Below, piece after piece: positions 17,313 through 26,438 of a stretch of 64,000 bases of DNA. Within the stretch, counting starts at the first letter, position 1; every line of letters begins with the position of its first letter. A model generated the notes under the pieces. It saw nothing but the letters and a program-made list of their open reading frames with translations, ran no database searches and was not told where the DNA came from. Both the position numbers and the translations under genes were made by a program. This DNA is from Vicinamibacterales bacterium (GTDB lineage: Bacteria; Acidobacteriota; Vicinamibacteria; Vicinamibacterales; 2-12-FULL-66-21). The stretch covers positions 2,500 to 66,499 of the forward strand of contig DATJIW010000097.1 in assembly GCA_035492775.1 (NCBI GenBank). Direction: 5' to 3'.

Positions 17313-19835
17313 TCAGCGATTCAGCGCCACCATCGGGCTGATACGCGACGCGCGGTATGCCGGAACGTACGCCGCGACTGCCGCGACGGCGACCAGCACG
17401 CCCGATCCGGCCGCAAACGACACAAGGTCGGCCGGCGCGACCCCATACAGCAATGCGGCGACACCGCGGCCCGCCGCGAACGCGAGCGGCAGACCGACGA
17501 GCCCGCCGACCAGAACCAGCGCCAGCGCCTCCCGCATGACCATGCGGAGGACGCTGCTCCGCTCGGCGCCAAGCGCCATCCGCAGGCCGAGTTCAGCAAC
17601 GCGGCGGCTGATGCCGTACGAGATCGTTCCGTACAACCCCAGGCACGCCAGGACCAGCGACAGGGTGCTGAACGCGCTGGCGAGTTCCGCAACGAGGCGG
17701 TCCTGCGAGAGATCGCGTGAAACCCGTTCCGCGAACGGAACGACTTCCGTCACCGGCAGCCGCGGCTCGATCTCGGAGATCGCCTGCCGGACCGATTGCA
17801 CCAGCGCCGCAGGCGTCCCCGCGGCCCGGAGTTCGAGATCCTCGGCGATTTCGTTCGTATCGAACTCCGCGGGGTGGTAAGCCATGTTGGGCGTCGCCGC
17901 GCGCAGGTTCAGATAGCGCGCATCTTCCACGACGCCGACGATCGTGAAAGCCTGCGCATCGATCGGCCCGCCATAGCTCCAGCGCTTCCCCACCGCGCTC
18001 TGGCCGGGAAAGAACCGTTTCGCCATCGTCTGGTTCACGATCGTCGACAGCGTGCCGGGGTGCCTGTCCTGCGCTTCGAACAGGCGTCCATCGATCAGCC
18101 GCAAGCCAACAGTTCGAAAGTAATCGCCCGCGACGATTTCCTCGTTCGTCTGCAGCGACTCGCCGGCCGGCGCCGTGTAGCCCTCGACTGCCAGCGTGCT
18201 GCGCCAGGAGGAGTGGTTCAGCGGGCCGTTCTCCGAAAGGCTCACGGATTCGATGCCGGGGACCCGCTGGAGGCGTTCGACGAGGCGGTTGTACAGCGCG
18301 ATTCGCTCATTGGGGGCGTATCCCGCGCCCCGGATGTCGAGGCCCGCGACGAGCAAGTGTCGCGCGTCGTACCCGACGTCGCTGCTCGCCAGCGAGCGGA
18401 GGCTCCGCCCGAACAGCCCGGCGACGACGAGGAGCAGGAGCGCAAACGCCATCTGCGCGGTCACCAGCACGCGTCCGGTGATGAGCGCACGTCGCCCCGA
18501 ACTCGTGCCGCGCGAGTGCTGCTTGAGCGACTCGGCGAGAGAAACGCGGCTGCCCCGAATGGCCGGAGCAATCCCGCAGGCAACTCCAGTCACTATCGAG
18601 ACACCGACGACGAACGCGAGCACGCGCCAGTCGATGCCGGTGTCGAGATCGATCACTGTCGCGCCCGGCACGAAGAGCTTCAGCAGCGGATCGTGCAGCC
18701 AGACCGCCAGCGCGAGTCCCGCCGCACCTGCGGCGGCGCCAAGCAGAAGGCTTTCGGCGAGAAACTGCCTGAAGAGACGCCGGCGGCCCGCGCCGATCGA
18801 TGCGCGGATCGCGACCTCCCGCTCGCGTGACGTTGCGCGCGACAGGAGCAGGCCCGCGACGTTGCCGCAGGCGATCGCAAGCAGAACGCCGACCATCGCG
18901 AGCAGTACGAGCAGCGGCGTCGCCGTGTCCTTTCGGAGGTTGGAAACGCCGCCTGCTGCGCTCTCGAGCGTTGCGTGTGCGTCATGCGCCCGCTTGCGCG
19001 CCTGGGCTGAAGGAGACTGTGGAAGCATCGCCTGCGCGTCCCGCTGAAGAACGAGCGATATCGTGGCCGCGACCGACGGTGCGGTCGATTGCGACGGCAC
19101 GCGAACGAACGTCGTCAGCCAGGCGATCTGGCGCTGCGGCGGCCAGGGCTTCGACGTGTCGCCGTTCGAGTTGCTCGCGCTCGCGGCGTAGCGGACGGCC
19201 GGCTGCAGCACGTAAGGAATCCACGCATCGGGCGAGCGCACGCCGACCGTCGTTCCGAAAAATCCTGTCGGGGCGATGCCGACGATTGAGAAAGGCACAC
19301 CGTTGATCGTCAGCGTCGTGCCGAGGATCGACGGCGATGCGTCGAAATGGCGCCGCCAGTAACCATCGCTGATGACGGCGACCGTGTGCCCGCCGTCAGG
19401 TGCGTTGTCAGCGGCCTGGAGCAGCCGCCCGAGTTGCGGATGCTGGCGCAGCACGTCGAAGTAGTTGCCCGACACGAGTTGGACGCGTCCGCGTTCCGCA
19501 TTCGCGTCGCCGGCCGGCCACAACTGCATGGCGGCCACCGTCCCTGCGGCGCAGACTTCGGCGCGTCCCGCAAGCGCCTCGCGCATGTCGTCGACGACGG
19601 GTGCCGACACCAGTTCGCCGTGCGCCGTGCTGGCAGTGTTCACGAGATACAACTCGTGCGGGTTCGCGATCGGAAGCGGCCGGAGCACGATCGCATTCAC
19701 CAGCGTGAACACTGTTGCGGCGCCCGCTATGCCGAGCGCCAGCGACGCCACGGCCACGAACGTGAATCCCGGATTCCGGCGCAGCAGCCGCCCGCCGTAC
19801 CGGATGTCTGACAGAAGTTCTGAGAACCAGCGCAT
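17313..19835 (-). CDS. ADOP-family duplicated FtsX/MacB-like permease
   Basis: Canonical N-terminus MRWFSELLSDIRYGGRLLRRNPGFT at ATG 19835 (the ORF extends to 20012). Two MacB_PCD+FtsX modules. No adjacent ATPase. Confidence 0.85.
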   Translation of the reverse strand: MRWFSELLSDIRYGGRLLRRNPGFTFVAVASLALGIAGAATVFTLVNAIVLRPLPIANPHELYLVNTASTAHGELVSAPVVDDMREALAGRAEVCAAGTVAAMQLWPAGDANAERGRVQLVSGNYFDVLRQHPQLGRLLQAADNAPDGGHTVAVISDGYWRRHFDASPSILGTTLTINGVPFSIVGIAPTGFFGTTVGVRSPDAWIPYVLQPAVRYAASASNSNGDTSKPWPPQRQIAWLTTFVRVPSQSTAPSVAATISLVLQRDAQAMLPQSPSAQARKRAHDAHATLESAAGGVSNLRKDTATPLLVLLAMVGVLLAIACGNVAGLLLSRATSREREVAIRASIGAGRRRLFRQFLAESLLLGAAAGAAGLALAVWLHDPLLKLFVPGATVIDLDTGIDWRVLAFVVGVSIVTGVACGIAPAIRGSRVSLAESLKQHSRGTSSGRRALITGRVLVTAQMAFALLLLVVAGLFGRSLRSLASSDVGYDARHLLVAGLDIRGAGYAPNERIALYNRLVERLQRVPGIESVSLSENGPLNHSSWRSTLAVEGYTAPAGESLQTNEEIVAGDYFRTVGLRLIDGRLFEAQDRHPGTLSTIVNQTMAKRFFPGQSAVGKRWSYGGPIDAQAFTIVGVVEDARYLNLRAATPNMAYHPAEFDTNEIAEDLELRAAGTPAALVQSVRQAISEIEPRLPVTEVVPFAERVSRDLSQDRLVAELASAFSTLSLVLACLGLYGTISYGISRRVAELGLRMALGAERSSVLRMVMREALALVLVGGLVGLPLAFAAGRGVAALLYGVAPADLVSFAAGSGVLVAVAAVAAYVPAYRASRISPMVALNR

Positions 19836-20063
19836 CGCACCTACTCCAACCGAAGTCGTCCGGATCACCGCGGAAAACACTCGATCGCGTGCCCGCTGGC
19901 GCAAACGCCGCGCCAGCCGCCTAAAGGGGTTTCCGTCGAAATGTCCAAGCATTGAGTGGATTCCCTCTCCTGCCGGCCCGGTTCCGGGACGCGGCTGTTC
20001 GGAAGCGGACACCCCCGCAATGCGCCGCGCGACTAATTACCTGCGGGATCCGTCAAAGTTCGT

Positions 20064-21242
20064 ATGGCACATCCTTTGGACAATCGGGCGGGCAAGATGT
20101 CGCTCGTCTCTGCCGTTCCGCCGCGCGTGCTGATCGCCGACGATCAGCCCGATCTGCTCGACGCGCTCCGCCTGTTGCTCAAGAGCGAAGGGGTCGACGT
20201 CCAGACGGTGACCTCGCCGGATGCCGCAATCGCCGCGCTCGGCAGCGCGCCGTTCGATCTCGTGCTGATGGATTTGAACTACACGAGCGACACGACGTCG
20301 GGCCGTGAGGGCATCGATCTGCTGTCGCGCGTCCAGGCCCTGGACGCGCTCATGCCGGTCATCGTCATGACGGGATGGGGGAACATCGACATTGCCGTCG
20401 AGGCTATGCGGCGCGGCGTCCGCGACTTCGTGCAGAAACCGTGGGACAACGAACAGCTCGTCTCCACGCTGTATCGCGAAATCGAGGGTGGCCGCGAGCG
20501 CCGCCGGCAGAGTGCCCACGAGGATCGCGAGATTGCCGAGGCGCTGAAGATCCAGCGGCGGCTGCTGCCTCAGCGCCTGCCGAACGTGGAGGGATGGGAC
20601 ATCGCCGCCTCGTGGCAGCCGGCGTCGGGCGTGGGCGGCGATTGCTTCGATGCGCTGCCGTTCGGAGATTCCAGGCTCGCCATCTCGATTGCGGACGTCG
20701 TCGGCAAAGGCATTCCAGCGGCGCTGCTCATGTCGAATCTGCAGGCCGCGGTGCGCGCGTTCGCGTCCGAAACCGTTCAGCCGAGCGAACTCTGCGCGCA
20801 GGTCAATCGGATCCTCTGCGGCAACATTGCCGAAGGGCGGTTCATCAGCTTCTGCTACTGCGTGCTGGACTCGGTCGCGGGCACGGTTACGTACTCGAAC
20901 GCCGGGCACTACCTTCCTCTACTCGTTCGTGCCGACGGTACCGTCGAAAGACTCGGTGCCGGCGGTCCCGTGCTGGGCGTGATTCCCGACGCGAAGTACG
21001 AACAATCGTCGGCCGCGATCGGTCATGGCGATCGCCTCGTGCTGTTCACCGACGGCATCACGGAAGCGCGCAACGGCGACGACGAGGACTTCGGCGAAGA
21101 GCGGCTGCAGGCAGCGGTGATCGATCACCGTGCGTGCAGCGCGCCGGCGCTCCACGCGCGGGTGGCCGAGGCGCTTGCCGCGTTTACCGGCGGACCGTTG
21201 CATGACGACGCAACGCTCATCGTGCTTGCCGCGGACGCCTGA
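20064..21242 (+). CDS. Response-regulator receiver fused to PP2C/SpoIIE phosphatase
   Basis: Receiver motifs (VLIADDQPD, DLVLMDLNY, MTGWG) followed by PP2C/SpoIIE blocks (GGDCFDA, ISIADVVGKG, LFTDGITEA). The start could instead be ATG 20097. Confidence 0.85.
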   Translation: MAHPLDNRAGKMSLVSAVPPRVLIADDQPDLLDALRLLLKSEGVDVQTVTSPDAAIAALGSAPFDLVLMDLNYTSDTTSGREGIDLLSRVQALDALMPVIVMTGWGNIDIAVEAMRRGVRDFVQKPWDNEQLVSTLYREIEGGRERRRQSAHEDREIAEALKIQRRLLPQRLPNVEGWDIAASWQPASGVGGDCFDALPFGDSRLAISIADVVGKGIPAALLMSNLQAAVRAFASETVQPSELCAQVNRILCGNIAEGRFISFCYCVLDSVAGTVTYSNAGHYLPLLVRADGTVERLGAGGPVLGVIPDAKYEQSSAAIGHGDRLVLFTDGITEARNGDDEDFGEERLQAAVIDHRACSAPALHARVAEALAAFTGGPLHDDATLIVLAADA

Positions 21243-21318
21243 TGTCGGGACGAACGGAGTGATCAACAGCGGTTCTGCCGTGACGAACGTCTGATTCCAG
21301 TGACGAAGCGCGAGTGTC

Positions 21319-21348
21319 TTGACGCGTCTTTAACGGTCATCCCATAGT
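21319..21348 (+). promoter_or_regulatory. Possible sigma-70-like promoter TTGACG-N18-CATAGT
   Basis: The only -35/-10-like pair in the 112-nt gap. The predicted +1 falls on ATG 21355. Confidence 0.25.
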
Positions 21349-21354
21349 TGGTCC

Positions 21355-22500
21355 ATGCGAAAAGCCTGGATGCCGCCCGCGCGGTGGATCGTCGGAGTCA
21401 TTGCGCTCCTGGCCGTCTCGTCCACCCTGCAGGCGTGGCGGCTCGACATACTCGCGGCGAAAGCGAGCGACCCGTATACCACGGCCGATTTCGCGAAGAT
21501 CTTCGTCCTCAATCTCGCCTACTGGGTGATTCCTGCACTGTGCCTGCCGCTCATCGTCTCGGTTGCGCGCCGGTTCAGATTCGACAACGGACGGAAGCTC
21601 GTCGCGCTGGCGGTGCACATGCTCGCGGCCGTGGCATTCGCCGTCGTGCGGCAGGCCGGCATGATCAGCGTGAAAATCCTGCTCTGGCCCAATCTTGCGT
21701 TCAAGATGCCGGAAACGCCCTGGTCGGTGTACGTGCAACGGCAGTTCTTGAGCGATTTCGACTGGTGCCTGATGGTCTACGCCTCGATCGTGGGCGTCAG
21801 TCATGCCGTCGCCTATTACCACGAGTCGCAGCAGCGGAAGGTCAATCAGGCGACGCTCGAGACGCGTCTCGTCGAAGCGCAGCTGAAAACGCTGCAGGCC
21901 GAACTGCACCCGCACTTTCTTTTCAATACCCTCCACGCGATCTCGACACTCGTCCACCGCGATCCCGAAGCCGCCGACCGCATGATCAGCCGCCTCAGCG
22001 ATCTGCTTCGCATCACGTTCGACAGGAGTGGCGAGCCGCGGATTTCCCTGAAGGAAGAGATCGAGTTCCTGCAGAAGTACCTCGAGATCGAACAAACGCG
22101 CTTTCAGGACCGTCTGACGGTTCGAGTGGAGATCGATCCCGATGCGCTCGACGGCGAGGTTCCGCGCATGATCCTGCAGCCGCTGGTCGAGAACGCGATC
22201 AAACACGGCGTCGGCAACCGGAGCGAAGGCGGCCAGGTGCAGATCACCGCCGGACGTGAAGGCGACTTCCTCTGGATGCAGGTGCGCGACAACGGCGGGG
22301 GCCTGCAGGGTGGGACGCTGCGCGCGCTGAACAAGGGCGTCGGGCTGTCGAACACACGCGCGCGCCTCGATTGTTTGTACCGCGGACGTCACCAGCTCGT
22401 ATTCACCGATCAACGCGGCGGACTCGCCGTCCGCGTCGAGATCCCGTACACCCGTGCGGCCGCGCCCGGCATACCCGCGGCCGCGTTCCGAGTCGCCTGA
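21355..22500 (+). CDS. LytS/YehU-family sensor histidine kinase
   Basis: Multi-TM N-terminus, LHPHFLFNTLHAISTLV (His_kinase PF06580-type H box), and a C-terminal HATPase (ENAIKHG ... GVGLSN). Confidence 0.88.
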   Translation: MRKAWMPPARWIVGVIALLAVSSTLQAWRLDILAAKASDPYTTADFAKIFVLNLAYWVIPALCLPLIVSVARRFRFDNGRKLVALAVHMLAAVAFAVVRQAGMISVKILLWPNLAFKMPETPWSVYVQRQFLSDFDWCLMVYASIVGVSHAVAYYHESQQRKVNQATLETRLVEAQLKTLQAELHPHFLFNTLHAISTLVHRDPEAADRMISRLSDLLRITFDRSGEPRISLKEEIEFLQKYLEIEQTRFQDRLTVRVEIDPDALDGEVPRMILQPLVENAIKHGVGNRSEGGQVQITAGREGDFLWMQVRDNGGGLQGGTLRALNKGVGLSNTRARLDCLYRGRHQLVFTDQRGGLAVRVEIPYTRAAAPGIPAAAFRVA

Positions 22501-22502
22501 TC

Positions 22503-23279
22503 ATGAGCACCCATCGAATCCGCGTAGTCATCATCGACGACGAACCGCTCGCGCGCGAGCGCCTTCGCACGCTCCTGCGCGACGATCCGTCGATGGAGGT
22601 CGTGGCGGAGGCCGGCGACACGACGACCGCGGTGGCGGCGATCCAGACCACGCGTCCGGATCTCGTATTCCTCGACGTGCAGATGCCCGGCGGCAGCGGG
22701 TTCGACGTCATCTCGGGCGTCGGCGCCGCCCAGATGCCGAGAGTCATCTTCGTGACCGCCTATGATCGATATGCGCTGCGGGCCTTCGACGTCCACGCGC
22801 TCGATTACCTGTTGAAGCCCTTCGATCGGGACCGGTTCCGGCAGGCGCTCACGCGCGCCAAGGAGCAGATCGTCCGCTCCGCGTCCGGCGATCTGGAGCG
22901 GCGGCTGCTCGCGCTGGTGACCGAACTCCGGTCCGGGCCCAGCCGCATCGATCGGTTCGTGGTGAAATCCGGCGGCCGGGTCTTCTTCGTTCGCACCGAC
23001 GAGATCGACTGGATCGAGGCCGCCGGCAATTACGTCAAGCTTCACGTCGGGAGCGAAACACACCTGCTTCGCGAGACGATGAATGCGGTCGAGGCGAAGC
23101 TGGATGCGGATCTGTTCTTCCGCGTGCACCGGTGCCACATTGTGAACATCGAGCGTGTCCGCGAGCTGCAGCCGTGGTTCAACGGCGAGTACGTCGTCTT
23201 CCTGAAGAACGGGACACGCCTGACGCTGAGCCGCGGGTATCGCGAGAAGCTGCAGGAGCGGGTCGGGAGACCGATTTAG
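22503..23279 (+). CDS. LytR/AlgR-family response regulator (receiver + LytTR)
   Basis: ATG 22503 lies 2 nt after the kinase stop. Receiver motifs (VVIIDDEPLARE, DLVFLDVQMPG) and LytTR motifs (IDWIEAAGNYVKLH ... HRCHIVN). Confidence 0.9.
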   Translation: MSTHRIRVVIIDDEPLARERLRTLLRDDPSMEVVAEAGDTTTAVAAIQTTRPDLVFLDVQMPGGSGFDVISGVGAAQMPRVIFVTAYDRYALRAFDVHALDYLLKPFDRDRFRQALTRAKEQIVRSASGDLERRLLALVTELRSGPSRIDRFVVKSGGRVFFVRTDEIDWIEAAGNYVKLHVGSETHLLRETMNAVEAKLDADLFFRVHRCHIVNIERVRELQPWFNGEYVVFLKNGTRLTLSRGYREKLQERVGRPI

Positions 23280-23360
23280 TTTTCAGTTCTCAGGTTCCAG
23301 TCTCCAGTTCAGTTCAGTTTTTGTTTCTTGACCCTCCTGTTTCGACTGAGAACTGAAAAC
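23279..23360. repeat. Perfect 15-bp inverted repeat (GTTTTCAGTTCTCAG / CTGAGAACTGAAAAC) enclosing (CAGTT)x3
   Basis: Arms at 23279-23293 and 23346-23360, with (CAGTT)3 at 23305-23319. AT-richer than the flanks. Lies between the LytTR gene stop and the DUF2339 start. Confidence 0.85.
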
Positions 23361-23400
23361 CGGCGACTGCCAACTGGCGTCTGACAGCTACAATTCCCCC

Positions 23401-25566
23401 GTGGAGCTCGTCGGGGCGGCCCTCCTCGTCTTCATCGCCGTCGTACCTGCGTGGATCGTGTGTGCGTGGCTCGCCTGGCGCGTGCGTGCGCTGAGCCGCG
23501 CGATTCGCGCGCTCGAGTCCCGCCTGGCATTCCTCGACGTTCGATCACCGGCGACAGACGCCGTCCCAGACATCACAGGCGTCCGCGATGCACCGCAGCC
23601 AGAGCCTGAGTTTGTCGCGCCAGCGTCCGTGCCGCCGGTCGACGCGGCGCCACCCGCCGATTCGCATGCGGCGCGCGCGCGCGAACAAGAAACGCTCGAG
23701 ACCTGGATCGGCGGCCAGTGGCTGCTTTACATCGGCGTCCTGGCGATTTTGATCGGCGTGGCGTACTTCGAGAAGCTGGCGTTCGAAAGCGCCTGGCTGG
23801 GTGAGACCGCGCGCGTCGTCCAGGGCGCCGCGGCAGGCTTGCTTCTCCTCTACGGCGGCGTGCGATTCGCGCGCGCCGGTTACGCCGGCTACGGCCATGC
23901 GATTGCCGCGACAGGGATTGCAGCGCTCTACGTTTCGATTTACGCGTCCTTCAACTTCTATCAGCTGCTCGACAGGCCGACGGCGTTCGTCCTGATGCTG
24001 GCGGTGACCGGCGGCGCAGTCGTGCTGGCGGATCGACGGCGCTCGCAGGGGCTGGCCGTCCTTGCCGTCGGTGGTGGCTATCTGACGCCCTTTCTCCTGC
24101 CAGGTACGAGCGACGCCCAGATCGCGCTGTTCGGGTACGACGCGATTCTCGCGGCGGGTGCGGGCGGGATGGCCGGACGCCGGACATGGCCGCTGCTCTA
24201 TGCGACCAGCTATTGCGGAACGGCCGTCACCGTCGCGGCGTGGGCCGATCGCTTCTACACGCCCGAGAAGTATCTCCGTACCGAGATTTTTCTCACGCTC
24301 TTCTGTGCGCTGTTCGTGTTCATGCTGCGTCGCTGCAGGTGGCGTGGCCGTGCGGCCGAGCAGGTCGCCTGGCTGCTTCTGCTGACCGCGCCGGCTGCCT
24401 ATTACATCGCTTCGCTCGTCGTGCTCATCGATCACTCGACGGCATTTCTCGTGTGGAGCGTCGGCCTCGCCGCGGTTGGCGCAACGCTGGCCGTGCACCG
24501 CTCGGTCCGATGGGGGCTTGCCATGGATCTCGCCGCGATCGTGCCCTTGCTGCTCTGGTGCAGCGCACCGGCGGCGCGTGCGCATCTTGCCGACGGACTG
24601 TGGGCCTGTGTCGGCGTGTACGCATTGGGACTCGCCGCCCAGATGCGGATCGCATACACCGACCGCGAGGCACCGCCGGCAGAGATCGCATGGCTTCACT
24701 TGAACGGACTGGGTGCGTTCGCCGCCGCATACGTGCTGCTGCTGCACGACCACCTCGCGCTGACGGCGATCGTGGCCGCGGCGTTCGCGCTGTGGCAGGG
24801 CGGCATCGCGCTCGTTCTCAGTCGGCGTGCGCCGGAGCGGGCGCTGCACGTCGGCGCGCTGGGCCTGACGCTCACGGCCATCGCGATCGCGCTCGAATTC
24901 GATGGTCCTGCCGTCACCGTCGGCTGGGGAGCAGAAGGTTTCGCTATTGTCGCTCTTGGCCTTCGGTCGGGTCGACGATGGATGAGGACGGGCGGGCTCG
25001 CGCTCTTTGCGATCGCATTCACGCGCGCGGCATGGCTGCTCAACGCACCGCCGATCGTCGGACAGGCGCCGTTCTTCAACCGTCGCGCGGCGTGCGCGGC
25101 ATTCCTCGTCTCGCTGGCGTATGGCGTGGCGTGGCTGCACCGGCGCGCGGTCCCCGGAGCGACCAGCCGCATTCGTACCACCGCGCTTCTTGCCGCGCAG
25201 GCGCTGACGCTGCTGTGGCTCACCAGCGAGATCCGCGCGTACTGGTGGACGGTGCAGGCGGCGCTCACGCGCGAGTTGATGCTCTCGGTGACGTGGGCGG
25301 CTTACGCGACGGTCCTGGTCGTGATCGGACTCCGCCGGCGGTTCGCGCCGATTCGCATCTTCGCCATCGTCGTCCTGGCCATGGCGATCGTGAAGGTCTT
25401 CGCGGTGGATCTGGCGCAGCTCCAGCGCGTCTATCGCGTGGTCAGTGTGCTCGGGCTCGGGATGATGCTGCTCCTGACGTCTTATCTCTACCAGAAGTCG
25501 CGCGGTGGCACACGGATTGGTTCGTCTGCGGCGAATGCCGACGAGAGCGGATCGGCCGCACAATGA
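23401..25566 (+). CDS. DUF2339-like polytopic membrane protein
   Basis: 721 aa, GTG start, N-terminal TM plus charged linker, then about 20 hydrophobic segments. The 684-aa antisense ORF is Arg-rich shadow. Confidence 0.7.
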   Translation: MELVGAALLVFIAVVPAWIVCAWLAWRVRALSRAIRALESRLAFLDVRSPATDAVPDITGVRDAPQPEPEFVAPASVPPVDAAPPADSHAARAREQETLETWIGGQWLLYIGVLAILIGVAYFEKLAFESAWLGETARVVQGAAAGLLLLYGGVRFARAGYAGYGHAIAATGIAALYVSIYASFNFYQLLDRPTAFVLMLAVTGGAVVLADRRRSQGLAVLAVGGGYLTPFLLPGTSDAQIALFGYDAILAAGAGGMAGRRTWPLLYATSYCGTAVTVAAWADRFYTPEKYLRTEIFLTLFCALFVFMLRRCRWRGRAAEQVAWLLLLTAPAAYYIASLVVLIDHSTAFLVWSVGLAAVGATLAVHRSVRWGLAMDLAAIVPLLLWCSAPAARAHLADGLWACVGVYALGLAAQMRIAYTDREAPPAEIAWLHLNGLGAFAAAYVLLLHDHLALTAIVAAAFALWQGGIALVLSRRAPERALHVGALGLTLTAIAIALEFDGPAVTVGWGAEGFAIVALGLRSGRRWMRTGGLALFAIAFTRAAWLLNAPPIVGQAPFFNRRAACAAFLVSLAYGVAWLHRRAVPGATSRIRTTALLAAQALTLLWLTSEIRAYWWTVQAALTRELMLSVTWAAYATVLVVIGLRRRFAPIRIFAIVVLAMAIVKVFAVDLAQLQRVYRVVSVLGLGMMLLLTSYLYQKSRGGTRIGSSAANADESGSAAQ
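25506..25521 (+). promoter_or_regulatory. Weak sigma-54-like motif TGGCAC-N5-TTGGT
   Basis: 15 of 17 positions identical to the 62114-62129 motif (GTGGCACACGGNTTG). -12 is GG rather than GC. Lies inside the 3' end of the DUF2339 gene, 14 nt before ATG 25535. Confidence 0.2.
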
Positions 25567-26356
25567 AGAGTCGGACCGGAAACAGTCGCCCCATGGCAAG
25601 GTTGTGTACCGCGCGATCTACAAGGAAGGCGCCGACGAACTGGCGCGTGATTCTGCGGCGCTTGCGTGGTCCGGACGGGCAGCCGGACTCTCGATGGGGT
25701 TTTCGCTGCTCGGCGAAGCGTTGCTACGCGCTCATCTGCCGGACAACGACTGGCGTCCGCTCGTCAGCAAGTTCGGCTACAGCATTGGATTTCTGATCGT
25801 CATCCTCGGGCGCCAGCAGCTGTTCACGGAGAACACGCTGACCGTGATCCTGCCGCTGCTGCGCCTGAAGCGGCGCGGCATCCTGATGAATGTCGCGCGT
25901 CTCTGGCTGATCGTCTGGATTGCCAACATCGCCGGCGCGCTTCTGTTCACGGCGGCGATCGTGTTTCTTCCGGTACTCGATCCGGCGGTGAAGGAGGCGG
26001 TGACAGCCATCGGCGTCGACGCGCTCGCGCACGGACCGGCGACGGTGCTGGCGCGAGGGGTCTTTGCGGGGTGGCTCATCGCCCTGATGGTGTGGCTGCT
26101 GCCGTTCGCCGAGACCGCCCGCGTGTGGGTGATTGTCATCATCACCTACGTCGTCGGCCTCGGCAGCTTCTCGCACGTGATTGCGGGGAGCATCGAGGTG
26201 TTCACGTTGTCGTGGCAGGGCGTCGAGCCATGGGCGCACACCGTCGGCGGCTACACGCTCCCCTCGCTGCTCGGAAACACCATAGGCGGCGTCGCCCTGG
26301 TCGCCGCCCTCGCGCACGTCCAGTTCATCGAAGGCGCCGAAGCGCTCGAACTGTGA
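25535..26356 (+). CDS. Formate/nitrite transporter (FNT) family channel
   Basis: GRQQLFTENT motif and six TM segments. Start is uncertain (GTG 25505 or ATG 25535); both overlap the upstream gene. Confidence 0.75.
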   Translation: MPTRADRPHNEESDRKQSPHGKVVYRAIYKEGADELARDSAALAWSGRAAGLSMGFSLLGEALLRAHLPDNDWRPLVSKFGYSIGFLIVILGRQQLFTENTLTVILPLLRLKRRGILMNVARLWLIVWIANIAGALLFTAAIVFLPVLDPAVKEAVTAIGVDALAHGPATVLARGVFAGWLIALMVWLLPFAETARVWVIVIITYVVGLGSFSHVIAGSIEVFTLSWQGVEPWAHTVGGYTLPSLLGNTIGGVALVAALAHVQFIEGAEALEL

Positions 26357-26434
26357 AAAGGGGACAGTCCCCATTTTTCGCAAAAAAAGGGGACAGTCCC
26401 CATTTTTCGCGAAAAATGGGGACTGTCCCCTTTT
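26356..26434. repeat. Three copies of a 26-nt unit (AAAAGGGGACAGTCCCCATTTTTCGC): two direct, one inverted
   Basis: Copies at 26356-26381, 26385-26410 and, inverted, 26409-26434. Copies 2 and 3 form a 50-nt perfect palindrome. Each GGGGACAGTCCCC core is flanked by A and T runs, which is terminator-like. Confidence 0.9.
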
Positions 26435-26438
26435 CGGA

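Noticed and set aside
20065-20079. TGGCAC-N5-TTGG overlapping ATG 20064 of the receiver-PP2C ORF
   Set aside because: -12 is GG rather than GC. The predicted +1 would lie 5 nt before the only alternative start (20097). This is probably a chance match within codons.
23374-23388. TGGCGT-N5-AGCT upstream of the DUF2339 gene as a sigma-54 site
   Set aside because: The GC is shifted by one position relative to GG, and both boxes are poor.
23545-25599. 684-aa minus-strand ORF and 536-aa plus-strand alternative-frame ORF (24186..25796) across the DUF2339 gene
   Set aside because: Extreme Arg/Gly/Pro content with no hydrophobic or domain pattern. The 23401..25566 frame gives a coherent polytopic membrane protein.
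26356-26434. Possible CRISPR array from the repeated 26-nt units
   Set aside because: There are only three copies, one of them inverted. Spacers are 0-3 nt, and no cas genes are present. The pattern fits REP-like or terminator palindromes instead.
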